Virus record (IMG/VR): IMGVR_UViG_3300010362_000062
Span: 1 to 33,674 of that record
Length of the DNA: 33,674 nucleotides
DNA from: a virus
Lineage: Duplodnaviria > Caudoviricetes
Reading direction: 5' to 3' (one strand)
Numbering within the stretch: the first letter of the stretch is position 1; each line of letters starts with the position of its first letter. The notes beneath the pieces are model-generated. The model saw nothing but the letters and a program-made list of their open reading frames with translations, searched no databases and had not been told where the DNA came from. This document shows positions 6,770 through 15,643 of the stretch, one piece after another. The position numbers and the translations under genes were made by a program.

Positions 6770-8047
6770 ATGCCGCGTAAAATCCGCTCATCCGAAATCG
6801 AAACGCGTACCCAGCGCCTCAAGCTGGAGCCGCGCCGCAAGCCGTACTTTGTCCGCATCGCGCAGGGCCTGTCGCTCGGCTATCGCAAGCCGAGGGGCCA
6901 GACCGATGGCACATGGGTCATGCGCCTCGCCGATGGCAAGCAGGGCAGCAACATCAAAGCGGTTGGATTTGCCGACGACTACCGGGACGCAGACAACGAC
7001 GTCGTGCTGACCTACGACCAAGCAACCGCCCGCGTGCGCAAGCGCGCTTCCGGCGAGGGCGAGGGTGGTGGCGGCGGGGGTGGTGGTCGCAACAAGGTCA
7101 CGGTCGGCGGCGCACTCGACGCATACTCCGACGATCTCAAGCAGCGCGGGGGCAAGCGCGATAATTCCCAGCGCGCGCGCAAAGACATGACCCCGAAGCT
7201 GCTCGCGACCTTGATTCAGGACGTGAAGAAAACCGACTGGCGCAAATGGCGCGACAGTCTGGCCGCGCGCAAGCACATGCTGAAGGGGCAGAAGGAGCCT
7301 GCAAAGGATGCCAAGCTGCTCACGCCAGCGACCGTCAACCGCATCACCACCTGCGTGAAGGCCGCGCTCAATCGCATCGCCGACCTTTCCGACGAAGGCC
7401 TCAACCGTCATGCGTGGGAGGTCGGCCTCGCCACCCTTGAGGGCGGCAACAACGCGCGCAACGTGATCATCGAAAAGGACAGCGATGTCACCGCGCTGAT
7501 CAATGCCTCCTACGAGGAGGGCGAGGACATCGGGCTGCTGGCCCATGTTTGTGCCGAGACCGGCGCACGCACGCACAGCCAGTTGGCTGGCAAGCTGCTC
7601 GTGGCCAATCTGGTTGGCGGCGACAACAAGCCGATGCTGATGGTGCCGGTGTCGAAGAAGGGCAAGGGCACGAAGAAGCGCACGCACATCCCGACGCCGA
7701 TCTCGACCGGCCTCTACCGGCGGCTGAAGAAGGCAGCAGGCCAGCGCAAGCCAAGCGAACTGTTGCTGCTCAAGGCTGACGGTACGGCATGGGGCGAGAA
7801 GGACCACTACCGGCCCTTCAAGGAGGCGGTGAAGCGCGCCAAGCTGGGCGGGCGTGGCATCACCATGTATGCCTTCCGGCACACCTCGATTGTGCGGCAG
7901 TTGCTGGCCAACATCCCGGTGCGCGTCGTTGCAGTCAATCACGATACCAGCGTGCAGATGATCGAGCGTAACTATTCCGTCCACATCGGCGACCACACCG
8001 ATGAGATCACACGCAATGCGCTACCGACGCTGAAGATCGCCGCCTGA
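6770..8047 (+). CDS. int: Tyrosine recombinase / phage integrase
   Basis: N-terminal arm-binding-like region; TGAR, YAFRH and NHDTS...RNY catalytic motifs; adjacent to attP; GGAG RBS. Confidence 0.92.
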   Translation: MPRKIRSSEIETRTQRLKLEPRRKPYFVRIAQGLSLGYRKPRGQTDGTWVMRLADGKQGSNIKAVGFADDYRDADNDVVLTYDQATARVRKRASGEGEGGGGGGGGRNKVTVGGALDAYSDDLKQRGGKRDNSQRARKDMTPKLLATLIQDVKKTDWRKWRDSLAARKHMLKGQKEPAKDAKLLTPATVNRITTCVKAALNRIADLSDEGLNRHAWEVGLATLEGGNNARNVIIEKDSDVTALINASYEEGEDIGLLAHVCAETGARTHSQLAGKLLVANLVGGDNKPMLMVPVSKKGKGTKKRTHIPTPISTGLYRRLKKAAGQRKPSELLLLKADGTAWGEKDHYRPFKEAVKRAKLGGRGITMYAFRHTSIVRQLLANIPVRVVAVNHDTSVQMIERNYSVHIGDHTDEITRNALPTLKIAA

Positions 8048-8245
8048 TGGTTCTGGTGGCGGCGGTCCTTCTCTGGATCGCCGCCAGTCAGCCGCCGCCT
8101 CCTGCGAGATCAGCCGTCTCGTGCCGACCTCCATCACACGCGGGCCTGTGCCCGCGTTTTGCATTTTGTAGTACAGCGCCTCCGAGATGCGATGTGCCTT
8201 GCAAAACTCCGCGATGCTGAATGCGCCGCCAGTGGGATCAGTCAT
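8021..8245 (-). CDS. xis: Excisionase / AlpA-like winged HTH
   Basis: AFSIAEFCKAHRISEALYYKM..GTGPR..VGTRRLIS motif; convergent with the integrase. Confidence 0.75.
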   Translation of the reverse strand: MTDPTGGAFSIAEFCKAHRISEALYYKMQNAGTGPRVMEVGTRRLISQEAAADWRRSREGPPPPEPSGGDLQRR

Positions 8246-8703
8246 GACGACACCTCGCTGGGTCGCCCGGCGGGGGTCGGTGTTTGTTGACCGCCCCCAC
8301 CGGACCCCTCGACGGTCGCCAGTGGGTCGGACGCCGTCAGAGCCTCGCAATAGAACAGATCGTCAGGTCCGACCGGCACAGGATTGAGCCGCGCCTTCGC
8401 TACCTGCCGGGCCATGTAGTCGCTGATGATGCGCGTGCGGTCGATGACCAGCAAGTCGTCGATATTGAGGTCGCGGTACTGGGCGTAGGCCTCAAGGTCC
8501 GCGCGCGACAGGCCCACGCCCTGCGCGACGTTCTTCAGCGCGCGCGTCAGCCCGACCGCATGGTTGCGCCCGCCGCAGATGCAGGAGCAGGGGAAGTGTT
8601 CATTCTTGTCGTGCAGTTCGCTCGGGTTCTTGCCGTCGTAGCAGTTGGCGTTGCAGGAACCGAGGAAGCGCGTCGACGAGTACACCGACAGCAGCACGCT
8701 CAT
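8242..8703 (-). CDS. Cys-rich Zn-binding hypothetical protein
   Basis: CNANC...CSCICGGRNH motif; ATGA coupling. Confidence 0.65.
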   Translation of the reverse strand: MSVLLSVYSSTRFLGSCNANCYDGKNPSELHDKNEHFPCSCICGGRNHAVGLTRALKNVAQGVGLSRADLEAYAQYRDLNIDDLLVIDRTRIISDYMARQVAKARLNPVPVGPDDLFYCEALTASDPLATVEGSGGGGQQTPTPAGRPSEVSS

Positions 8704-8879
8704 GACTGGGCCTCCGGTTCCGGTGGCGGTGGCTCGGTCTGCTCGGTGCGATAGGCCGCGCACAGTTCAGTGTGCAGCCGCGACACCTCGCGCTTGCTGG
8801 CGTCATCGCGGTTGCGCGCGACCTGCATCAGCGCCTGCGCAAGGCTGCGCCCGATGAGCGCGATCTCGGTGTCACTCAT
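8700..8879 (-). CDS. Small hypothetical protein (59 aa, MSDTEIALIG...)
   Basis: Translated by hand. GGAGG RBS; coupled to the next gene. Confidence 0.6.
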   Translation of the reverse strand: MSDTEIALIGRSLAQALMQVARNRDDASKREVSRLHTELCAAYRTEQTEPPPPEPEAQS

Positions 8880-8889
8880 GCTCGCCTCC

Positions 8890-9099
8890 CTAATGTGGGC
8901 CGCTTGGCTGCTCCGGCTTTTCCTCGTTCAGCGATTCGTACAGGCGGCGGATGCGCTTGTGGACCTGACGCCCGTCGCCGGTCAGTTCGATCTCGTGTTC
9001 GATGATCGCCAGCACCGCCTGCAGCACATGGTTGCGCACGTTCACGATGCAGGTGCCGATGGCCTGATCGAGATCGTCCTCGCGTGTTGTTGTTGTCAT
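8890..9099 (-). CDS. Hypothetical protein (MTTTTREDDL...)
   Basis: GGAGG RBS; ATGA coupling. Confidence 0.6.
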   Translation of the reverse strand: MTTTTREDDLDQAIGTCIVNVRNHVLQAVLAIIEHEIELTGDGRQVHKRIRRLYESLNEEKPEQPSGPH

Positions 9100-9662
9100 G
9101 CCGCCTCCTTGGCTTCTTCTGCTTCGCTGCGTTCGTGGTAGGCGAGGGCAGGCGGCGCGCCGGTCGCCGCGTGCTTCCAGTCCCAGATGAACCATGCGTG
9201 GTTGAACGAGGGCGAGCCGGTCGAGCCTGCAATCCAGCGGATGCGGGACGTCAGCACCAGCTTCTTGGCGAACGCCCGGCAGCGCCCGAACAGATGCTGC
9301 CTTGAGCGCGCGCTGTCGTAGTCGATGCGCAGCAGCATGGCCACGCGCCCGTTGTGCGGCTTGGTCAGCTTGAGCGCGTGCGTAATGAACTCCTGCGCGT
9401 GGCTGTAAGGCGGGTTGGTGATGACCGCGTCGTGATGGCAATGCGCGACCGACAGGAAGTCGATGCCCTTGGCCTTGTCGGTGGCGCGCACGCGCACGCC
9501 GGGCCAGCCTGCCAGTGCCTTCGCCATCGAGCCTTTGCCGCAGGCTGGCTCCCAGATGTACTGCACGCCCTTCATGTGCGAGGTCAGCGCCGCCGTCACC
9601 CACGCGGGCGTCTCGTAGAGATCGTCGGGCAGTCGTGCGTATCCGCTGTCTCTCTGGCTCAT
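9096..9662 (-). CDS. Orphan DNA amino-methyltransferase (probably N6-adenine)
   Basis: YETP, WEPACGKG (SAM-binding motif I) and ITNPPY (catalytic motif IV). Confidence 0.88.
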   Translation of the reverse strand: MSQRDSGYARLPDDLYETPAWVTAALTSHMKGVQYIWEPACGKGSMAKALAGWPGVRVRATDKAKGIDFLSVAHCHHDAVITNPPYSHAQEFITHALKLTKPHNGRVAMLLRIDYDSARSRQHLFGRCRAFAKKLVLTSRIRWIAGSTGSPSFNHAWFIWDWKHAATGAPPALAYHERSEAEEAKEAA

Positions 9663-10114
9663 TGCGGGACCTCCGGCGCTGGCAGGATGTTCTGCTCGCG
9701 CAGATGTTCGAGAACCGTGCGCCCGCTGTTGGTCAGCATGTACGGCATGAACACATGATCGAACTGCAGGATGCCGCATTCGATGGCGGTGATCTGGCCC
9801 TTGATCCAGTCGCGCAGGATCGAGTTCACCGCCCGGTGGCCCTGCTGCAATGCTTCTTGCTCGTAGACCTGCTTCGATCTCTGCCGCCGCGCATTCCACG
9901 GATTGCTCTTGAGATACATCGACGCCCAGCCCGAAGCTGACGCGCGCAACTGCACGGCGCGACCGCGATGCTTGAAGGCGAGCAGCACCTCGTGCTTCTC
10001 AAAGTCGTCCATGAAGCCGACGTTCTCGCAGCCGAACCGGCGCAGGATTTTCGTGGTCTCGTCCCTCGCGTTCTGGCCACCGACCGCGTCGGCGTATGGT
10101 GCGCTGCCTCTCAT
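9659..10114 (-). CDS. Hypothetical phage protein
   Basis: Coupled ORF (MRGSAPYADA...ILRDWIKGQITAIECG). Confidence 0.7.
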   Translation of the reverse strand: MRGSAPYADAVGGQNARDETTKILRRFGCENVGFMDDFEKHEVLLAFKHRGRAVQLRASASGWASMYLKSNPWNARRQRSKQVYEQEALQQGHRAVNSILRDWIKGQITAIECGILQFDHVFMPYMLTNSGRTVLEHLREQNILPAPEVPQ

Positions 10115-10392
10115 CGCAACCACAAACATTCGAAGTTGTCGTTCTGGTAGAACTCATCGCGCTTGCTGGCGAGGATCACGCCGTCCGACTTGCGCTTGCC
10201 GATGGACCATATCCACTCTTCGGTCTTGGCATCGCAGTAGTCCTTGCCCTCGACGAACTTGGTCAGGATGTATGCGCCGCCGTAGCGCGCGCATTCGCTG
10301 ACATCGATGGCGCGGCCCGCGATCAGCTTGCGCGCCATCGCGCGGTTGGCCATGTCGGGGTACTGCGCAAATTTCTTCGGGCGCGACGGCAT
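10111..10392 (-). CDS. Hypothetical protein (93 aa)
   Basis: Coupled ORF with GGAGG RBS. Confidence 0.7.
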   Translation of the reverse strand: MPSRPKKFAQYPDMANRAMARKLIAGRAIDVSECARYGGAYILTKFVEGKDYCDAKTEEWIWSIGKRKSDGVILASKRDEFYQNDNFECLWLR

Positions 10393-11087
10393 CAGAACGC
10401 CTCCACCCTGCCGAGGTCAGGCGGCAACAATCGCATGGCGTAATCGCGCATCGCGTACAGTTCAGTGACCGACTCAGCGCCATCGAGTTGCGCCATGCGC
10501 TCAAGAAACGGGAAGCCGGTGCGGATTGATTCCTCGACCTCCGCGCGCGTGGCCTTGCGGCCTTCGGCGTACCAGTCGACGCGCACCGGGTCACCGAGAC
10601 GAAACAGGATGCCTTGGCCACCCTGCTCTGGCCTGAACGGCTTGGCGTAGGTCGTCTCATACAGGCAGGCGACACCGGGATTGCGGTCGATGTGAAAGCC
10701 CGCCGGGTCCTTGCCTTCCTCTGGCAAATCCTTCTCGTTGCGCCGCATGCGCGGCTTCGACAGGAATGGGCAGGCGCGCACCGACCACTCGGCGCAATCG
10801 CGATGGCAGGCAGGCTCGGATGTCACCTTGTTGATGACGCACATCGGGCCGATGACGAACACGCGGAATTTTCCCATCGGCTCGCCGCACACCCAGCAGC
10901 GCTTCTGGCCGATGGCCTTGCTCAGCTTGCGCATGTCGGCCACGCGGAAGTCTGGCGTGCCGTAGCCGTACTCGCACGGCGCGCCCTGTGCATCGAAGAA
11001 CTGCACGAACCATGGCACCGGGAATCCGCGCGCGTCGTGGGTTAGGCGCTGGATGCGCAGCGGCATGTTGTCGGGCAGGGTCACCAT
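10392..11087 (-). CDS. Cys-rich conserved-looking phage protein
   Basis: RGFPVPWF, CWVCG, GPMC, CHRDC and ACPFL metal-binding motifs. Confidence 0.75.
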   Translation of the reverse strand: MVTLPDNMPLRIQRLTHDARGFPVPWFVQFFDAQGAPCEYGYGTPDFRVADMRKLSKAIGQKRCWVCGEPMGKFRVFVIGPMCVINKVTSEPACHRDCAEWSVRACPFLSKPRMRRNEKDLPEEGKDPAGFHIDRNPGVACLYETTYAKPFRPEQGGQGILFRLGDPVRVDWYAEGRKATRAEVEESIRTGFPFLERMAQLDGAESVTELYAMRDYAMRLLPPDLGRVEAF

Positions 11088-11251
11088 CAGTGCAGGTCCC
11101 TCTTGTGGTCGCGTTTGTATTCATCGAAGCCTTCGTCGATCATCTCGGCGATGCGGATGTAGGTGGCATCGAGATAGCGCAGCGCCACCTGCTTGTTGTC
11201 GAACATCTGCATGATGCCGAGCCGCAGCATCTCGGCGGCGACGTCAGTCAT
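11087..11251 (-). CDS. Small hypothetical protein (start uncertain)
   Basis: The MTDVAAEMLR start avoids a large overlap with the upstream gene. Confidence 0.5.
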   Translation of the reverse strand: MTDVAAEMLRLGIMQMFDNKQVALRYLDATYIRIAEMIDEGFDEYKRDHKRDLH

Positions 11252-11513
11252 GTCCGCCACCAGAACCGGGCTGACCGCGTCCTCGATCTTTGAGAACAGC
11301 GCCAGCAGCCGTTCGCGTCTGGTCGAAGAGGTTTCCGGTCTCGGTGAAGGGTGCGATTTTTTCTCGGTAATCATTTGCTATCGACTCCATCATCCTGATC
11401 TCGTAGTCGGCCTCGCGCTGCGACATCTTTCCGGCCTTCACGCTCGGCGGGTACACCAGCCTGCGAAACGCCAACTCGCGCTCGACGCAGCGCAGCTTGT
11501 CAGTGTCGCTCAT
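11244..11513 (-). CDS. Hypothetical phage protein (MSDTDKLRCVERELAFRRLVYP...)
   Basis: Coupled ORF; the ERELxxRRxVYP motif resembles small proteins of alphaproteobacterial phages. Confidence 0.65.
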   Translation of the reverse strand: MSDTDKLRCVERELAFRRLVYPPSVKAGKMSQREADYEIRMMESIANDYREKIAPFTETGNLFDQTRTAAGAVLKDRGRGQPGSGGGHD

Positions 11514-11707
11514 GCGCGGCCCAGCAGACGCTGGCCCCACTGCGCGGCGTTGGCCGGGGTCCTGCGGCTGGCCTGCTGACAGAGCGCCGCCACCTTGGCG
11601 TGGAAGGCGATGGCCATCTCGCGGTCCTCGAACGTGGCGTTGAGATGCACTTGCGTGTGCTTGAGGTCGTCGCCGTCGCTGGTCAGGGCAAGGTTGATCT
11701 TGTTCAT
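11510..11707 (-). CDS. Hypothetical protein (MNKINLALTS...)
   Basis: GGAG RBS; ATGA coupling. Confidence 0.6.
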   Translation of the reverse strand: MNKINLALTSDGDDLKHTQVHLNATFEDREMAIAFHAKVAALCQQASRRTPANAAQWGQRLLGRA

Positions 11708-12126
11708 TGCGTCACTCCATCGCTGATCAGTTCGTTGACGCGCGCCTGCTGCTCGCCGGGCAGGCTGGGCATGACATGGTTTCTGATGTACAGGCGCGCG
11801 TCGTCCCAGAATGCTTCCAGTTCTTTCTGCGTCATCGAGGCCCGGCTCATCGAGGGCAGCGCCCACACGCGCTTGCCGTCGCGCAGCTTGAGGTTCTCGG
11901 CGCGCCCGCTCTCGATCAGGATTTCGGCGCGCAACTGCTTCATGGTGATGCCGAGCAGCTTGGCGACCTCGTCGAGCGTGACGTGAATCTTGCTGTTGAA
12001 CTTGACGCTGCGCTCGTTCAGCACCTCGATGTCGATGGCATCGCCGACCTTGTACTTGCTGCCGAGGTCCTTGCGCGTCTCTTCGTTGGCGGGCACCAGC
12101 GCGCCCTTGATGAACGACAGCCTCAT
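11704..12126 (-). CDS. DUF1367/NinB-like recombination accessory protein
   Basis: GALVPA...ERSVKFNSK...LPSMSRASMTQKELEAFW pattern; lies directly downstream of ERF. Confidence 0.5.
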   Translation of the reverse strand: MRLSFIKGALVPANEETRKDLGSKYKVGDAIDIEVLNERSVKFNSKIHVTLDEVAKLLGITMKQLRAEILIESGRAENLKLRDGKRVWALPSMSRASMTQKELEAFWDDARLYIRNHVMPSLPGEQQARVNELISDGVTQ

Positions 12127-12932
12127 GGCGGCGGCTCGCTCGGCTGCAGTTCGCGCACGCGCTTGTGGTACTGGCGCATGATGAACTGGTGGTGCGGCTC
12201 GTTCTCCCGGCGCATCATGTCGAGGACGCTGGTGTTGGCATCGAGCCACTTCTCGACGAGATCGAGGTTGTCGCAGGCGCGGATGATCTGCAGAAAGATG
12301 CGCGACCAATCCTCCCACTTCATCTCACCGAGCATCAGCGTGTGCGGCCTGCCGACCTTGATGTCGCTCGGCAACGGCTGCTCCTTCGGCGGCTGCTGGA
12401 TAGGCGTGCGGGCGCTGGTCGAGCGGGGCGGGGCATCGCCGCCGCCATCCTCGCTCTTGAGATGAAACTGCGCGGTGTAGAACTGCTTGCGCGCAGCGGT
12501 CAGTGTCTTGGCGATGCAGGCTGGGTCGAAGTTGCCCTTGCTGTCGCGGGCGCGCGCCATGCCGGTGAATTTGAGCGGCCCGATGCGCTGGCCTTCGAGG
12601 CTGATGTAGAAGGCGTAGTCGACGTAGACCATGCCGCCGATCTCGTTGCGCCCGATGGCGGTCTCGTACACCGCGAGACCGTGCTTGCCGATCAGCGGAG
12701 CGACGATCTCGGTGTAGTCCTCGATGCGCGAATACTTGTACTTGTGGAAGTCGTTGTAGCCGCGCTTGTCGACCGGCGCGGCCTCGCTGGTGATGGCGGC
12801 AATGACCTTGTCGATCTTGTCAGTCGGGCCGGAGAACGGTGACGGCAACTGCTCTGCAGGCTCATGCCTCTCGGCGACGGCCTGCTGCGGCACCGTCATG
12901 ACTTCGCCGGTCTCTGGATCGTGGTCGCTCAT
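12123..12932 (-). CDS. ERF-family ssDNA annealing protein
   Basis: KRGYNDFHKYKY..ED and KTLTAARKQF motifs; adjacent to an exonuclease gene. Confidence 0.8.
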   Translation of the reverse strand: MSDHDPETGEVMTVPQQAVAERHEPAEQLPSPFSGPTDKIDKVIAAITSEAAPVDKRGYNDFHKYKYSRIEDYTEIVAPLIGKHGLAVYETAIGRNEIGGMVYVDYAFYISLEGQRIGPLKFTGMARARDSKGNFDPACIAKTLTAARKQFYTAQFHLKSEDGGGDAPPRSTSARTPIQQPPKEQPLPSDIKVGRPHTLMLGEMKWEDWSRIFLQIIRACDNLDLVEKWLDANTSVLDMMRRENEPHHQFIMRQYHKRVRELQPSEPPP

Positions 12933-13723
12933 GCTGATTCTCTGATGCTGAGATGCCCGCGCTTGTCGCGCAGGATGAGGATGGAGTTAAAGCGCAGGCG
13001 ACCGACGTCGTTCGGCACCAAGGATTTGGCCGACACAGCCGCCTGCGCGTGCTGGTCCGAGAACGGTTTTGTTGCGGACCAGATTTCCAGATGGTCGAGC
13101 ATCTCCTGCTTGTAGTTGGTGTCCTCGTGGACGAGGTCGACGCTGCGCCACTGCTCCGGCGGCGCGATTGGCTCGACCGGATGCGGCAGGATCATGGTGT
13201 CGACACAGATTTTCATGGCGGCGAGGCGTTCGAAGCAGATGTCGTGGAAGCGCCGGTCCTGCGGCACCTCGTACTCGACCGGCTTGTGGCCCATCACCGA
13301 GATCATCAGGAACGCGCGCCTGACGCCGAGGATGGTGCGCTGCGCTTCGGCCTGCGGCGCGTACCACTTGCTGGCGTACTCGAATGACCATGCGTTCTTG
13401 AACTCGACGGTGGCCTCGCGTACCGGGTCGAAACCATCGAGCGTGCAGGTCAGGAAGTCGAACGGCGGTGCGTGACGCACAACCTCGCCGACGCGGGTGA
13501 GCGCGTAGCCGAGATCATGCTCGCAGAACCGGCGCGCCAGCGGCTCGTCATGCGCGCCGCGCTGCACGTCCCAATTCCATGTGAAATCCTCCGGCGGTTC
13601 GAGGCCCTGCTTGATACGGCACATCGTGTTGCGCTGATGCTGGTTGCCGTTGACGACGACCGGCATGTCGGAGGCACCGAACTCGCCGCGCTGTGCCAGT
13701 TGCTCTGGGCTGAGTGTCATCAC
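12929..13723 (-). CDS. YqaJ / lambda-exonuclease family recombination nuclease
   Basis: GASD, RGAHDE, TLDG, VEFK and YAPQ..Q motifs. Confidence 0.85.
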   Translation of the reverse strand: MMTLSPEQLAQRGEFGASDMPVVVNGNQHQRNTMCRIKQGLEPPEDFTWNWDVQRGAHDEPLARRFCEHDLGYALTRVGEVVRHAPPFDFLTCTLDGFDPVREATVEFKNAWSFEYASKWYAPQAEAQRTILGVRRAFLMISVMGHKPVEYEVPQDRRFHDICFERLAAMKICVDTMILPHPVEPIAPPEQWRSVDLVHEDTNYKQEMLDHLEIWSATKPFSDQHAQAAVSAKSLVPNDVGRLRFNSILILRDKRGHLSIRESA

Positions 13724-13724
13724 A

Positions 13725-13961
13725 TCACCGGCTGTGCGGGGAAAGCAGCGAGTAATCCTCGCTGCGCATGTGGCGCACGAGATCGTCGCGGCTGATCAGG
13801 CGGCGACCGCGATAGTCACGCTTGCTGCGTATCTTCGGCGGCGACGTGCGCTTGCCGATGCGGCGCGGTGCCAGCAGGCGGTAGAGTGATGCGCGCGAAA
13901 TACCGCGCTTGAGTGCCTCCTGCACCGAGATGAATCCGTTGCCCTTCTTCTTGCTGATCAT
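13725..13961 (-). CDS. Excisionase-like HTH DNA-binding protein
   Basis: ISVQEALKRGISRASLYRLL...GRRLISRDDL; first gene of the leftward operon. Confidence 0.7.
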   Translation of the reverse strand: MISKKKGNGFISVQEALKRGISRASLYRLLAPRRIGKRTSPPKIRSKRDYRGRRLISRDDLVRHMRSEDYSLLSPHSR

Positions 13962-13979
13962 TGGGCACAATCCTCCAGC

Positions 13980-14438
13980 GCCCGCCCGCGATGGTGATCG
14001 CGTGCGTCAGGTCGTTCCGCAGTTTGAGTAGAGCGGTGTCGGCCCTGCAGTTTGCCCTCTGTGCGTGCCGCGCGACAGAAGGCCGTCATCTGATTGTGAT
14101 CAGAGCGTAACAAAAAAATAAATTCAAGACGGATATTGCCGAAAACGGCTGTGCCGCAGGCGCTTTTGAGCGTCGGAAAACTGACGCAAAATCACAAATT
14201 ACTTGTGCGGATTCTTTTCACACCAAAAACGCGAGTCCATTTTCATCCGATGGCATGTGCATAACTTTTGCCTCACGATGTCTCACTGTGTCCGTCGTGT
14301 GTCAGACACAAGAAAAATTCTCTGTCGGAAAATCGACAGAAAAAATCACGCGCTGTGTATAACTCACGAACTCGTGAACAGCGGGAGACAAATCGCACAC
14401 GTTGACGGCGTGTTCCGGCGCGTGACCTATACTGCCGG
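13980..14438. promoter_or_regulatory. Divergent early control region with DnaA boxes and palindromes
   Basis: Relatively AT-rich. TGTGCATAA (14256-14264) and TGTGTATAA (14354-14362) equal TTATNCACA on the minus strand; several dyads are also present. Confidence 0.65.
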
Positions 14439-14669
14439 ATGAAGCGGCTGGTCACGGTGAAAGAGGTGGTCGATCTGCTCGGCGGTTCCTGCCGGGTGGC
14501 AGAGATTACCTACCGGAACTCGCAGGCGGTATCGAACTGGCAGGCGCGCGGATACATCCCGGCGCGCGCCTTCGATCTGATCGACGTGGCGCTGCGTCGG
14601 CAAGGCTATACCGCCGCGCGCACGCTGTTTGGTTTCGACGCCCGGCCCAAGCGCGTCGACGCGGCATAG
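14439..14669 (+). CDS. Cro-like HTH protein
   Basis: VVDLLGG..RVAEI....QAVSNWQARGYIP; first gene of the rightward operon. Confidence 0.75.
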   Translation: MKRLVTVKEVVDLLGGSCRVAEITYRNSQAVSNWQARGYIPARAFDLIDVALRRQGYTAARTLFGFDARPKRVDAA

Positions 14670-14678
14670 GGCGGACCT

Positions 14679-15128
14679 ATGCCGGGGCAACTCAATCTGT
14701 TCGCAGGCAAGCGGCAGCGGGGGCGCGGCCCGTCGCACAAGCTGGAGTTCTCGCTGCACGTTGCGGTCGCCGACGTGCTGCGGCGCTGGCAGTCGCCGGG
14801 CTGGCGCTGGTCGCATTTCCCGGCAGGTGAGTGGCGGCATCCCGGCACGGCAGCACGGCTGCAGCGCATGGGCCTGCAGGTTGGCTGGCCTGATTTTATT
14901 CTGCTTGCACCGAGACCGCCGGAGGGACCGCTGCCCTTCGCTGGGCTGGATCAGCGCACGCACTTTCTCGAACTCAAGCGCGAAGGCGCAACGCTGTCGA
15001 ACTATCAGCACGCCTTCATGGAGTTCTGCGCCCTCAATGGTTACCCGTACATCTGGTGCGACAACTTCAAGGACGCGCTGCATCATCTGAAAGCATGGGG
15101 CGCGGTGCGCGCCAGCGTGCGCGGATGA
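14679..15128 (+). CDS. VRR-NUC domain nuclease
   Basis: HFPAGE, MGLQVGWPDF and LELK...LSNYQ motifs. Confidence 0.8.
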   Translation: MPGQLNLFAGKRQRGRGPSHKLEFSLHVAVADVLRRWQSPGWRWSHFPAGEWRHPGTAARLQRMGLQVGWPDFILLAPRPPEGPLPFAGLDQRTHFLELKREGATLSNYQHAFMEFCALNGYPYIWCDNFKDALHHLKAWGAVRASVRG

Positions 15129-15643
15129 CACACGCCGATTTTCAGGAGCGGCTGCGCCAGTCATCGCGTGCGGTGTTTGCTTATGTCGAGCATCTGAATC
15201 AGCGCGGCTTCGCGGTCGAGTGCCCGCCCGTGCATGTCGCGCCGCGCGCAGATCAGGCTGCGCACTATGTCGACGATGGCGATCTGTTCGTGATCGCGCG
15301 CCACCGCATCGAGATCAAAGGTCTCAACACTGCATTCACATCTGCCGATGACTGGCCGCACCCGCATGTGTTCGTCGACCGCGTCGAGCATGTCGATGCC
15401 ATCGAGCAGGCGCACATCAAGGTCGTGATGTGGGCGCTGGTGAACAAGGCGCTGACGCATTGCGCGGTGATCAGGACCGATAGCACGCGCACGCACTGGT
15501 ACCGCACCAGCACGCGCAACAAGAACACCGGCATCGTCGAGAACTACTACGCCTGCCCGAAAGACCTGATCACGTTCAAGCCGCTGCTCAAAGCAGCAGG
15601 AGATGGTGAGCAATGTTCGTCTGCCCCAAATGCCACGAGGTGA
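15125..15643 (+). CDS. Hypothetical protein, possibly a PD-(D/E)XK nuclease
   Basis: DGDL...IEIK motif; ATGA coupling. Confidence 0.55.
   Translation: MTHADFQERLRQSSRAVFAYVEHLNQRGFAVECPPVHVAPRADQAAHYVDDGDLFVIARHRIEIKGLNTAFTSADDWPHPHVFVDRVEHVDAIEQAHIKVVMWALVNKALTHCAVIRTDSTRTHWYRTSTRNKNTGIVENYYACPKDLITFKPLLKAAGDGEQCSSAPNATR

Noticed and set aside
7058-7088. Gly-codon run in the integrase as a phase-variable repeat
   Set aside because: Mixed GGN codons encode an in-frame interdomain linker rather than a perfect simple repeat.
6788-7996. Long antisense ORFs (also 17114..18007, 29659..30786, 32187..33125)
   Set aside because: These are shadow frames of well-supported genes in GC-rich DNA, with no motifs or RBS.
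14203-14455. Short ORFs in the control region as a possible repressor
   Set aside because: They have no HTH pattern or RBS, and their composition looks non-coding.
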